Positions 1-8,826 of a stretch of DNA of 64,000 nt are shown piece by piece. The notes under the pieces are model-generated. The model was not told where the DNA came from, did no database searches, and was given only the letters and a program-made list of their open reading frames with translations. The stretch's first letter is position 1. Each line of letters starts with the position of its first letter. Location: contig JBHGAY010000019.1 of the NCBI GenBank assembly GCA_041946735.1, positions 1 through 64,000 of the forward strand, in the 5' to 3' direction. Origin of the DNA: Candidatus Eiseniibacteriota bacterium. GTDB lineage: Bacteria > Eisenbacteria > RBG-16-71-46 > CAIMUX01 > VGJL01. A program made the position numbers and the translations under genes.

Positions 1-1875
1 GTAGTAGCTCACCACCGGCAGGTTGATGAGGAAGCCGAAGACCCCGGCGCCGAGAAAGTTCCAGAAGCCGACCGCGATCAGGAACAGGACCGCCCACTTG
101 TGCGGGAACTCCTCGGAGGAGATGGAGAAGGCTGGGACTCCGGCTCGTCGCGAGCCGAGCTGCATGAAGCGCCACGCCTCGTACGACAGCAGGACGAGCG
201 GAATCACCTCCATCGCGGAGAAGAACGCCCCGAGCGCCATATGGATCGAGGGCGCCCCGGAGAAGTACAGGTGGTGCATCGTCCCGACGACGCCGCCGAT
301 CGAGTAGAGGATGATGTCGAGATAGACGACCCGCGTTGCCGTCCGCATCTGGACCACGCCGAGCAACACGAAGATCGACGCGACCATGATCGTCGTGAAC
401 AGCTCGAGAAAGTCTTCGACCCAGAGGTGCACGACCCAGAAGCGCCAGAAGTCCATGACCGCGAAGTCGACGTTCTTCCCGAAGAGGATCCCGGCCGCGT
501 AGAAGAGCGGGATCGTGATCGCGCTCATGAGGAACAGCCAGGGCAGGTTGCTCGGGTGCTCCGTCGCAAGTCTGGCCCGGAGACCGCGGAAGAGAAGGAA
601 GACCCAGAAGGCCATGCCGGCGATCAGCAGGATCTGCCAGAGGCGGCCGAGGTCGAGATACTCCCAGCCCTGCGCGCCGATCCAGAACCACGGGCCCTCG
701 AGCGGAATGCGGCCGCGCAGGCTCGCCCCTTCGCCGAGCAGGCTCCCGATGGCGACGAGGACCACGGCCGCGAAGAGCGCGAGCGCGAGCGGCTTCTGCC
801 CCTTCGGCTCCCTGCGGGCGAGCATCGGGGTCAGGAAGATCCCGAGCGCCAGGAAGCTCGTCGCGACGAAGAGCAGCGCGAGCTGCAGGTGCCAGGTCCT
901 CGTGAGGTTGTAGGGGAACAGGCGGGCGAGGTCGAATCCGAAGAAGCCGGATGGCTCGGCGTGGTAGTGCGCGTTCGCGCCGCCAAGCAGTCCCTGCACG
1001 AGGAAGAGGCCGGAGACGACGAGGAAGTACCACGGGACGGCCCCCTGTGACGGCGTGAGCTTGATCTGGTCGGGCGGACGGAAGCGAAGCGTGCCCTCCT
1101 CACCCGAAGCGGGCTCCGAGCGATGCCACCCGAGCAGGTCCCACTTCCCGAACGCGTAGAAGACAGCTCCGAGACCGGCGAGAAGGGCGACGAGCGACAG
1201 CGCGCTCCAGAGCACGGCGTCTCCGGTCAGGGCGTTGCCGGCGGCGGGCTCCGGGGGCCAGTTGTTCGTGTAGGAGTATCGAGTGCCCGGACGGGTCGCG
1301 GTCGCCGCCCACGCGGCCCACGAGAAGTAGGCCGTGAGATCGTCCACCGCCCGCGGATCGGAGAGGTGCGGGCGCTGCAGCCCTTGCTGCTCCGCGGCCG
1401 GACCGAAGTAATCGCGGTAGAAGTCCCGCATCGCCTGGAACGCCGATGCCTGCGAGGCGGTGAAGGCCAGATCCCCGCTCGTGGGATCGTAGCGGTTCTC
1501 CTTGAAGTCGCGCCGAACGCGCTCCCGCACCTCTCCCGCCGGCCATCCCTCCGTGGCGTGATGCTCGGCCATCGCCCCCGCGGCCGCGTGCAGGTACTGA
1601 GCCGTGAAGTCGGGACCGAGATACGCGCCGTGGCCGAAGATCGTCCCGTACTGCATCAGGCCGTTCTTCTGAAAGATCTGCTGGCCCGTCCGCACGTCGC
1701 TCTCCTCGAAGAGGACGGTGCCGTCGGGCGCGACCACGCGGTCGGGAATCGGCGGGTGATCCGTGTGGACGAGCCAGGCGAGCAAGATGAGGATCGAGAA
1801 TCCGAGCAGGAAGGTGCAGAGCGCGGCGGCCGGCCAGGCGGCGGGAAGGGTCCTCTCCCGTCTCGGCGAACCCAT
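1..1875 (-). CDS. norB: Quinol-dependent nitric oxide reductase (qNor/NorZ-type), C-terminus beyond the left edge
   Basis: Manual translation from ATG at 1875 (GGAGG upstream) gives GQQIFQKNGLMQYGTIFGHGAYLGPDFTA, FWRFWVVHLWVEDFLELF and FWNFLGAGVFGFLINLPVVSYY. The start and the first 60 bases of the window are in the same frame. Confidence 0.93.
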   Translation of the reverse strand, partial: MGSPRRERTLPAAWPAAALCTFLLGFSILILLAWLVHTDHPPIPDRVVAPDGTVLFEESDVRTGQQIFQKNGLMQYGTIFGHGAYLGPDFTAQYLHAAAGAMAEHHATEGWPAGEVRERVRRDFKENRYDPTSGDLAFTASQASAFQAMRDFYRDYFGPAAEQQGLQRPHLSDPRAVDDLTAYFSWAAWAATATRPGTRYSYTNNWPPEPAAGNALTGDAVLWSALSLVALLAGLGAVFYAFGKWDLLGWHRSEPASGEEGTLRFRPPDQIKLTPSQGAVPWYFLVVSGLFLVQGLLGGANAHYHAEPSGFFGFDLARLFPYNLTRTWHLQLALLFVATSFLALGIFLTPMLARREPKGQKPLALALFAAVVLVAIGSLLGEGASLRGRIPLEGPWFWIGAQGWEYLDLGRLWQILLIAGMAFWVFLLFRGLRARLATEHPSNLPWLFLMSAITIPLFYAAGILFGKNVDFAVMDFWRFWVVHLWVEDFLELFTTIMVASIFVLLGVVQMRTATRVVYLDIILYSIGGVVGTMHHLYFSGAPSIHMALGAFFSAMEVIPLVLLSYEAWRFMQLGSRRAGVPAFSISSEEFPHKWAVLFLIAVGFWNFLGAGVFGFLINLPVVSYY

Positions 1876-1953
1876 GCGGACCTCCTATTCCCTCGGCGCT
1901 TCGCAGGCGGGCGGCGGACGCGGACGAGGCCGCCGCCGGGGTCTACCGGCCCG

Positions 1954-2493
1954 TCATCGAAACAGCAGGCGCAGGCGCGTCCAGGTCGACGGCCGGGCCG
2001 GCTGCAGGCCGGAGCAGGCTCCCTGCGATGCGAGCGAGGCGTGCGGCGACTCTCCCCCGCCGGCGATGACGGCGGTGGCCTCGCCGATTTGCGAGCCGGC
2101 GTCCTCGTCCCAGATCTCGATCGTCCACTCTCCGGCCGCGAGACCGGCGATCCAGTAGCCGTGATCGAAACAGCAGAGGCAGCGACACGGCTCGCCCCCG
2201 TCCGATTCGTAGACGCGCACGACGCTCCCTTCGACTTCCACCCGGATCGCGAGCTCCAGGCAGCAGTTCTTCCAGGCGTTGTCATGCACGATGTGGACGG
2301 TATCGGCGACGACGGCGGCGACGATCGTGTCGGCTCCGCAAGGACCGCCGGCCGCCTCGCCCGGCGCTCGGGAAGTCGCGGTCGCCGGAGTTGTGAAGCA
2401 GGGCAGGCCGACGAGAAGAAGCGACAGGAGCACCAGGAACATCTCGGTGCGGCGCGAGGCGCGCGGCCAACGGTCCGGAGCGAAGACGGCCAT
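1954..2493 (-). CDS. Secreted Cys-rich hypothetical protein with C-terminal PSTWTRLRLLFR motif
   Basis: Hydrophobic signal-like segment FLVLLSLLLVGLP; NCC and CRCLCC motifs; AAAGGAG/GGAG upstream of the start. Confidence 0.75.
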   Translation of the reverse strand: MAVFAPDRWPRASRRTEMFLVLLSLLLVGLPCFTTPATATSRAPGEAAGGPCGADTIVAAVVADTVHIVHDNAWKNCCLELAIRVEVEGSVVRVYESDGGEPCRCLCCFDHGYWIAGLAAGEWTIEIWDEDAGSQIGEATAVIAGGGESPHASLASQGACSGLQPARPSTWTRLRLLFR

Positions 2494-2567
2494 CTCCGAT
2501 CTCCTTTCGATCCGGCCCTTTCAGGACTGGCGTCCTTCCGGGCTAATGCCTCCATCGGCGACGGAGT

Positions 2568-3545
2568 CTAGGTCGTCTCGGGCCGCCGCGGCAACCGCGC
2601 CGGCTTCTCCGTCCCGCCGGCCGACCCCTCTGCCGGCAAACCGCTCCTCCCGGTCCGGCCGCGGAACGAGCCTAGGAGCAGATCCACGAAGGCGCGGCCG
2701 GAACGCGACGGCGGCCCGGCAGGCGGAAGAAGGAGACCCGAGGTGCGCGTGAGGTTCCAGCCCTGGACAGCAAGGATCTTCAGCAGCCCGCGCCGGGCCT
2801 CCTCGCGAACGCTCGCTTCAGGGAGGACGGCGATGCCAAGGCCGCTTCGCGCGAGGCGGCGCAAAACCTCGGGGCTCGAGATCTCCATCGCCACGCGCGG
2901 AACGAGACCGTGCGCGCTGAAGAACGACTCCACGATCGACCGCGTCACCGATCCCGCCTTGTGCTCGAGGAGCGGAGCGCGGGCGACCGCGTCGAGCGTG
3001 AGACGCTTGCGCGAGGCGAGGGGATCGCCCGGCGACGCGACGAGGACGAGCCGGTCCTGGTAGAGGGGCTGGACCGGACCCGGGGCACCGGGAAGCGGCA
3101 GCGTCACGAGCGCCAGCTCGATCTCGCGCGCGCGCAGCGCCGTGGCAAGCGAAGCGCTCCCCTCGATCACGATGCGCAGATCGACGGCGGGATGGTCGCG
3201 CCGGAAGCGGCGCAACAGCGGCGGCAGGCGGTGGAGCATGACCACGTCGGTGCTCCCGATCCGCAGGGAGCCGGAGAGCGGCCCCTCGCCGATCGAGCCT
3301 TCGAGCCCCCGGACCTCGTCCAGGATGCGGCGCGCGCGCACGAGCGCGGTCTCCCCGGCCGGCGTCGGGCGCACGCCGCGCGCCCCGCGCACGAGCAGGC
3401 GGGCGCCGAGCGCCCGCTCGAGCGAGGCGATCTGGACGCTCACCGCCGGCTGGGAGAGGCCGAGGGAACGAGCCGCGGCGGTGAGGCTCCCGAGTCGCGC
3501 CGCCGCCTCGAGGCAGCGCAGAGGCAGGATCTCGATCGGCTTCAT
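2568..3545 (-). CDS. LysR-family transcriptional regulator
   Basis: HTH GSLTAAARSLGLSQPAVSVQIASLE, then LLVRGARGVRPTPAG, GSLRIG and GLGIAVLP. Start set at MKPIEIL. Confidence 0.93.
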   Translation of the reverse strand: MKPIEILPLRCLEAAARLGSLTAAARSLGLSQPAVSVQIASLERALGARLLVRGARGVRPTPAGETALVRARRILDEVRGLEGSIGEGPLSGSLRIGSTDVVMLHRLPPLLRRFRRDHPAVDLRIVIEGSASLATALRAREIELALVTLPLPGAPGPVQPLYQDRLVLVASPGDPLASRKRLTLDAVARAPLLEHKAGSVTRSIVESFFSAHGLVPRVAMEISSPEVLRRLARSGLGIAVLPEASVREEARRGLLKILAVQGWNLTRTSGLLLPPAGPPSRSGRAFVDLLLGSFRGRTGRSGLPAEGSAGGTEKPARLPRRPETT

Positions 3546-3604
3546 CCTTCCGGTCCTCCAGGCTCTCGGCCCTTGCCGCCGCGCCGCAGCGTCGCCAGCG
3601 AGAG

Positions 3605-3625
3605 GCCATACGATTCGGTTATGGC
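3605..3625. promoter_or_regulatory. Putative LysR recognition site (T-N11-A dyad)
   Basis: GCCATA-N9-TATGGC perfect inverted repeat between the divergent LysR and ino1 genes. Confidence 0.6.
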
Positions 3626-3753
3626 AGCCCTCACGACTATGCCGTGGACCGATGAGAACCGCCAGGGGATCCTTCCGGGGAATCGCGGGCGGGACCGGAC
3701 AGGAACCGGACCGGCGCCCGGGAAGCGCAACGGGAACGAAAGGAGTCGATCCG

Positions 3754-5061
3754 ATGAGTCTGACGATCCAGCCCGCGAGCGGGAAGCTCGGCGTCCTCCT
3801 CCCCGGCCTCGGAGCCGTGGCCACCACCTTCATCGCCGGCGTGGAAACCGTCCGCTCCGGAAAGGGGCAGCCGATCGGCAGCCTGACCCAGATGGGGACG
3901 ATCCGCCTCGGAAAGAGGACCGAGAACCGCGTGCCGGCGATCAAGGAGTTCGTCCCTCTCGCGGACCTCTCCCAACTCGTCTTCGGCGGATGGGATCCGA
4001 TCCCGGACAACGCCTACGAGGCAGCGCGCAAGGCCGGGGTGCTGAAGTCCGAGGATGTCGAGAAGGTTCGTCCCTTCCTCGAGAAGATCTCCCCGTGGCC
4101 GGCCGTTTTCGATCAGAAGTGGGTCAAGAAACTGCACGGAACTCACGTGAAGACCGGCAAGACCCTGATGGAGAAGGCCGAGGCGCTGCGTGAGGACATC
4201 CGCCGCTTCAAGCGCGACAACGCCCTCGACCGGATGGTGATGGTCTGGTGCGCGTCGACCGAGGTGTTCCTGAAGCCCTCGGAGGTGCACGAGACGATCG
4301 AGTCGTTCGAGCGCGGGCTGCGCGAGAACGATCCGAACATCGCGCCGAGCATGCTCTATGCCTACGCGGCGATCCAGGAAGGGATCGCCTACGCGAACGG
4401 CGCCCCGAACCTCTCAGGGGAGATCCCGGCCCTGGCGAAGCTCGCTCGCGACAGGAATGTCCCGATCGCCGGCAAGGACTTCAAGACGGGGCAGACGCTG
4501 ATGAAGACGATCCTCGCCCCGGGGTTCAAATCCCGTCTGATCGGCGTCGGCGGATGGTTCAGCACGAACATTCTCGGCAACCGCGACGGCGAGGTGCTCG
4601 ACGATCCCGAGTCGTTCAAAACGAAGGAGGAGAGCAAGCTCTCCGTGCTCGACTCGATCCTCCAGCCGCATGTCTACCCGCAGCTCTACGGCGATCTCTA
4701 TCACAAGGTGCGGATCAACTACTATCCGCCGCGCGGGGACGAGAAGGAGGCGTGGGACAACATCGACATCTTCGGATGGCTTGGCTATCCGATGCAGATC
4801 AAGGTCAACTTCCTCTGCCGCGACTCGATCCTCGCCGCTCCGATCGTGCTCGACCTCGCGATCTTCCTCGACCTCGCGCAGAGGTCCGGCATGCGCGGGA
4901 TCCAGGAGTGGCTCTCGTTCTACTTCAAGAGCCCGATCCACGCTCCGGGCCTCTATCCCGAGCACGACCTGTTCATCCAGCTCATGAAGCTGAAGAACAC
5001 GCTGCGATGGATGCGGGGCGAGGAGCTGATCACCCACCTGGGGATCGAGTACTACGACTAA
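3754..5061 (+). CDS. ino1: Inositol-3-phosphate synthase
   Basis: GLGAVATT, FGGWD, VWCASTE, NGAPN, GKDFKTGQT, STNILGNRDG and CRDSILAAP motifs; AAGGAG RBS. Confidence 0.95.
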   Translation: MSLTIQPASGKLGVLLPGLGAVATTFIAGVETVRSGKGQPIGSLTQMGTIRLGKRTENRVPAIKEFVPLADLSQLVFGGWDPIPDNAYEAARKAGVLKSEDVEKVRPFLEKISPWPAVFDQKWVKKLHGTHVKTGKTLMEKAEALREDIRRFKRDNALDRMVMVWCASTEVFLKPSEVHETIESFERGLRENDPNIAPSMLYAYAAIQEGIAYANGAPNLSGEIPALAKLARDRNVPIAGKDFKTGQTLMKTILAPGFKSRLIGVGGWFSTNILGNRDGEVLDDPESFKTKEESKLSVLDSILQPHVYPQLYGDLYHKVRINYYPPRGDEKEAWDNIDIFGWLGYPMQIKVNFLCRDSILAAPIVLDLAIFLDLAQRSGMRGIQEWLSFYFKSPIHAPGLYPEHDLFIQLMKLKNTLRWMRGEELITHLGIEYYD

Positions 5062-5172
5062 TCGAGCGCTGCGCTGGATGGACTCTTGCGACGCATCGCG
5101 CCGGCGGCCGCTTCCCGCTGTTCGGGAGGCGGCCGCCACTCAATCCAAGACCTTCGACGCTCGGCCCGAGCC

Positions 5173-5766
5173 TCAGTCGCGGTACAGCGTGCGGATACGG
5201 CCCCACGTCGTGGGAGTGGCGGCGACCGGCGGGCAGCCGAGGACCATCGTCCCCTCGCCGCTCACCCCCTGTACCCATTCGTAGTCGAACTCCGCGGGCG
5301 GGTCGTACGGGTCCTCGCAGTCGGCGTGCCAGGTGCCCTGGGCGATGAAGTAGCGACTTCCCGGAACGACCGGGGGATCGCCGACGATGTCCGCCTCGAA
5401 AATCCACGGGCAGCAATACGTGCACGTCGGAATGCTGATCTGCATGTTCTGCGCGTAGACGGGATCGATCTCGAATGAGTCGAAGTCGGCTCGCGCCCCG
5501 TAGTGGGCATCCATGTTGGGATCGTTGACGCATCCTTCGGTGATCGTCGCCCAGATGTGGACGCCCCCGATCGGCTCGGAGCCGACCTCGAGCACGAACC
5601 GAGCCGTCCCCACCGTTTCGCCCAAGGGAAGGGTCGTGCGGATGGTGTACGGATCGCCGTCGTCGTCGAAGTCCAGATAGATGACCGAATCCTGCGCGAG
5701 GCCGGTCGAGAGGGGCAGGGCGAGCCCGAGAAGCGGGACCAGCGCGGCCAGACGGTTGAGCTTCAT
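5173..5766 (-). CDS. Secreted acidic hypothetical protein with C-terminal PTTWGRIRTLYRD motif
   Basis: Signal peptide MKLNRLAALVPLLGLALPLSTGLA; DFDDDGD loop; CTYCC; GGAGG RBS. Confidence 0.82.
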   Translation of the reverse strand: MKLNRLAALVPLLGLALPLSTGLAQDSVIYLDFDDDGDPYTIRTTLPLGETVGTARFVLEVGSEPIGGVHIWATITEGCVNDPNMDAHYGARADFDSFEIDPVYAQNMQISIPTCTYCCPWIFEADIVGDPPVVPGSRYFIAQGTWHADCEDPYDPPAEFDYEWVQGVSGEGTMVLGCPPVAATPTTWGRIRTLYRD

Positions 5767-5787
5767 GGTTCCCTCCAGAGTGAGATG

Positions 5788-5812
5788 TACGATCCGAGCC
5801 GGAAAAAGGATA
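5788..5812 (-). promoter_or_regulatory. Putative ECF-sigma-type promoter TATCCTTT-N13-CGTA
   Basis: Ends about 20 bp upstream of the 5766 start. The same core and spacing recur at 45697-45721. Confidence 0.4.
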
Positions 5813-5871
5813 TCAGGTTCCCGACGCGAAGCGTTAGGCGGAAGGCGGGCGGAACCCGGGCGGAAGGCCGG

Positions 5872-6723
5872 TCAGCGCTCCGCCTCCACGGGATTCTCCA
5901 GAGAGCCGATTCCCTCGATCTCGATCCGCACACGGTCGCCGGGCTTCAAGAAGACCGGCGGGTCGCGGAACACCCCCACTCCGGAGGGGGTCCCGGTCGC
6001 GAGAACGTCTCCCGGCTCCAAAGTCATCTGCATGCTGACGTAGGAGATCAGGGCGAAGACGCCGAAGAGCAGCCGGTCGGTCCGGCTCTCCTGCATCTTC
6101 ACGTCGTTCCAGAAGGCGCGGATCGCGAGCGCGTGCGGATCGCCGATCGCCTCGGCCGGGACGATCCAGGGGCCGCACGGCCCGAACGTGTCGAAGCTCT
6201 TTCCCCGGAACCACTGCTTGTCGCCGTACTGCGCCTCTCGCCCCGAGACGTCGTTGAAGATCATGTAGCCGAGCACGCAGGACTGCGCCTGCTCCACCGT
6301 CACGCGTCGCGTGCGTCGCGCGATCACGACCCCCAGCTCCGCCTCCGCGTCGACCCGGCCCTCTTGCGGCGGAATCCCGATCGGATCGAGATGCCCCGCA
6401 AGGCAGCTCGGCGCCTTCGCAAAGAGCAGTGGCGATTCGGGGGGCTTCTTCCCCTGCTCCTCCGCGTGGTCGCGGTAGTTCAACCCGACTGCGACGATCT
6501 TCGACGGATCGGGGATCGGGGGGCCAAAGCGCGCGCCGCCCAGCGGCTGCCACGCCTCGCGGGGAACCTGCAGCATGCGGCGGCGCTCCGTCTCGTATCC
6601 CCCCGCCTCGAGGATCCGTCGCCAGGACGGGCCCTCGGCCGGAAGGAACGAATCCCCCGCGTCGTCGATCCAGACCGGCGCTTCCGATCCAGGCGCTCCG
6701 ATGCTCGCGAGCTTCCGCCTCAT
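5872..6723 (-). CDS. Fumarylacetoacetate hydrolase family protein
   Basis: KIVAVGLNYRDHAEE, DAEAELGVVI, NDVSGRE, GKSFDTFGPCGP and GDVLATGTPSGVG. Confidence 0.95.
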   Translation of the reverse strand: MRRKLASIGAPGSEAPVWIDDAGDSFLPAEGPSWRRILEAGGYETERRRMLQVPREAWQPLGGARFGPPIPDPSKIVAVGLNYRDHAEEQGKKPPESPLLFAKAPSCLAGHLDPIGIPPQEGRVDAEAELGVVIARRTRRVTVEQAQSCVLGYMIFNDVSGREAQYGDKQWFRGKSFDTFGPCGPWIVPAEAIGDPHALAIRAFWNDVKMQESRTDRLLFGVFALISYVSMQMTLEPGDVLATGTPSGVGVFRDPPVFLKPGDRVRIEIEGIGSLENPVEAER

Positions 6724-7634
6724 CCCGTCGCCTCCTTCCGCGCGCGCGCCGCTTCCGGCCGCGTCTTCCACCTCCGGTGCATCCAGAACCACTGCTCCGG
6801 ATAGCGCCGCACCTGCTCCTCCAGCATTCCGCTCCACAGTCGCGTGCGTTCCGCGACGATCGCCTCGGCGTCCCCTTCCTTCGGGACGGTGAACGGCTCG
6901 GCCCACTCGAGTCGCACCCGCCCGCCGGGCAGGTGCCTCGCCACCGCGAACAGGACCGGCACGCCGTAGCGTTGCGCGAGCCGGATCGGCCCGACCGCGG
7001 TCGATGCTTCGCGCCCCAGGAACGGCACGAAGATGCCGTCCCGTCCCGCGTCCTGATCCGCGACGATCGCCAAGAGCGACCCGCCGCGCAGCGCCGCCGC
7101 GATCCCCCGGAGGTCCTTCTCCACCGAGAGGACCGAGAGGCCCCGGCTCTCTCGGATCGCGTCCATCCGCCTCGTGACGTAGGGATTGTGCTGCTCCCCG
7201 GCCAGAACGTGCACCCGCCGCCCCAGAACGGGAAACACCGCCGCGGCGAGCTCCCAGTTGCCGAAGTGCCCCGTGAGGAGGATCGCGCCGCGATCTGATC
7301 GCAGGATCCTGTCGAACGCCTCGCCGGGCGGGATCTCGACCCGCGCGCGCACATCCTCGTCGGAGAGGAACGGCAGCTTCGCGAACTCCATCGCGGTTGT
7401 AGCGAAGCAGCGGTAGCAGTCGCGCGCGATGCGCCCGATCTCCGGCTCCCCCTTCTCCGGAAAGGCCGCGCGGAGGTTGGCGAGCGTGACACGCCGGCGG
7501 ATCCGCACGACGTCGAAGAGGAGGTCGCCGAACAGGCGGGCGCTGGCGAGGGCGAGCGGCCACGGGGCTCGCCGCCAGAACGCGAAGAGCGCCCCGAGCG
7601 CCGCCGACTCGAACCGCGCGGAGACGATCCTCAC
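6720..7634 (-). CDS. Lysophospholipid acyltransferase, LpxL/HtrB family
   Basis: LTGHFGNWE, IVADQD, VPFLGREA and YPEQWFWMHRRWKT. GTG start inferred. Confidence 0.9.
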   Translation of the reverse strand: MRIVSARFESAALGALFAFWRRAPWPLALASARLFGDLLFDVVRIRRRVTLANLRAAFPEKGEPEIGRIARDCYRCFATTAMEFAKLPFLSDEDVRARVEIPPGEAFDRILRSDRGAILLTGHFGNWELAAAVFPVLGRRVHVLAGEQHNPYVTRRMDAIRESRGLSVLSVEKDLRGIAAALRGGSLLAIVADQDAGRDGIFVPFLGREASTAVGPIRLAQRYGVPVLFAVARHLPGGRVRLEWAEPFTVPKEGDAEAIVAERTRLWSGMLEEQVRRYPEQWFWMHRRWKTRPEAARARKEATG

Positions 7635-7647
7635 GGGACGCCTCGCT

Positions 7648-8826
7648 TCACGCGGGCTCGGGGACCCGGCGGAGCGCGAAGCGCATCCCCGGAGCCCGCC
7701 GCACGGCTCCCAGCAACTCGAGCTTCGCCAGCGACGCGAGGACCTCGCGCTCGCTCCGTCCCGCCTCCCTCGACAGGAGCTCGGCCGAGCGGCTTCCCTT
7801 CGCCAGCAGATCGAGGAGGCGTTGATCGGAGTCTCCGAAGATGCCGCGCGAGCCGCGCCGCTCGGGGAGCAGCGCGCGCACGTCAGCCGCATCCCGCACG
7901 GGAGTGGCGCCGCAGCGCAGGAGCGCGTTCGGCAGCGAGGAGCCGGCATGGATCGGATCGCGCGGGACGGCCGCGACCTCGCGGCCCAGGGCGAGGGCGT
8001 GATCGACCGTCGAGCGCGCGCCGCTTCTCGTTCCTCCTTCGACGACGAGCACCACCTGCGCCAGGGCGGCCAGGATCCGGTTGCGTCGCGGGAAGTGGAG
8101 GGGACGGGGATGGCAACCGGGAGGGAACTCGCTCACGAGCGCGCCGGCGCGCGCGATGCGCCTCGCGAGATCCCGATGGCTCGCCGGCGAGGGAACGTCC
8201 AGGCCTCCTCCAAGGACCGCGACGGTCGCGCCGCCAACGTCGAGCGCCCCCGCGTGGGCCGCCGCGTCGATCCCGAGGGCGAGACCGCTCACGATCACGA
8301 TTCCCTCGGCCGCCAGGCCTCGCGCGATCGTCCGCGCCAGCTCCCGCCCGTTCTCCGAGGGATGGCGCGTACCGACGATGGCCACCGCGGCCGCGTCCGG
8401 ATCGTGCAGCGTTCCCTCGACGAAGAGCGCCATCGGCGGATCGCTCATCTCTTCCCAGAAGCGGGCGAGCCATCCTCCATCCTCCGGAGTGAGGATCGCC
8501 TGCACGCCGCTGGCCGCAACGGAGGCGTCGAGCGATCGCGCGGCGGCGTGCGACGGGCCGCCGGCCAGAAGCTCCCGCTCGAGCGGCCTCGGATCGGGGC
8601 CGGCTCCCGCAGGCAGCGGCCGCGACGCGGGCCATGGAAGGTCAGGGGGATCGCCGTCGAGGGAGCGCACGAGCGAGGCGAGCAGCAGCGGGCGCACCTG
8701 CGGCCGCAGGGCGCCGGAGATCCAGCGGATCCGGCGGCTCGGCGCCTCCTCTGCGCCGGCGGCGCTCTCGGCACCCTCGGCGCCGGCGCTCGCGCCAGGC
8801 TGGTCGCCTTCGAACGGATCACGCAC
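7648..8826 (-). CDS. dprA: DNA-processing protein DprA
   Basis: VAIVGTR, IVSGLALGIDAAAH, FPRRNRILAAL and VVEGGTRSGA; C-terminal winged-helix LAKLELLGAV. Confidence 0.92.
   Translation of the reverse strand: MRDPFEGDQPGASAGAEGAESAAGAEEAPSRRIRWISGALRPQVRPLLLASLVRSLDGDPPDLPWPASRPLPAGAGPDPRPLERELLAGGPSHAAARSLDASVAASGVQAILTPEDGGWLARFWEEMSDPPMALFVEGTLHDPDAAAVAIVGTRHPSENGRELARTIARGLAAEGIVIVSGLALGIDAAAHAGALDVGGATVAVLGGGLDVPSPASHRDLARRIARAGALVSEFPPGCHPRPLHFPRRNRILAALAQVVLVVEGGTRSGARSTVDHALALGREVAAVPRDPIHAGSSLPNALLRCGATPVRDAADVRALLPERRGSRGIFGDSDQRLLDLLAKGSRSAELLSREAGRSEREVLASLAKLELLGAVRRAPGMRFALRRVPEPA

Noticed and set aside
100..2571. Plus-strand ORFs at the left edge
   Set aside because: They are antisense shadows of qNor, which the track omitted because its stop lies outside the window.
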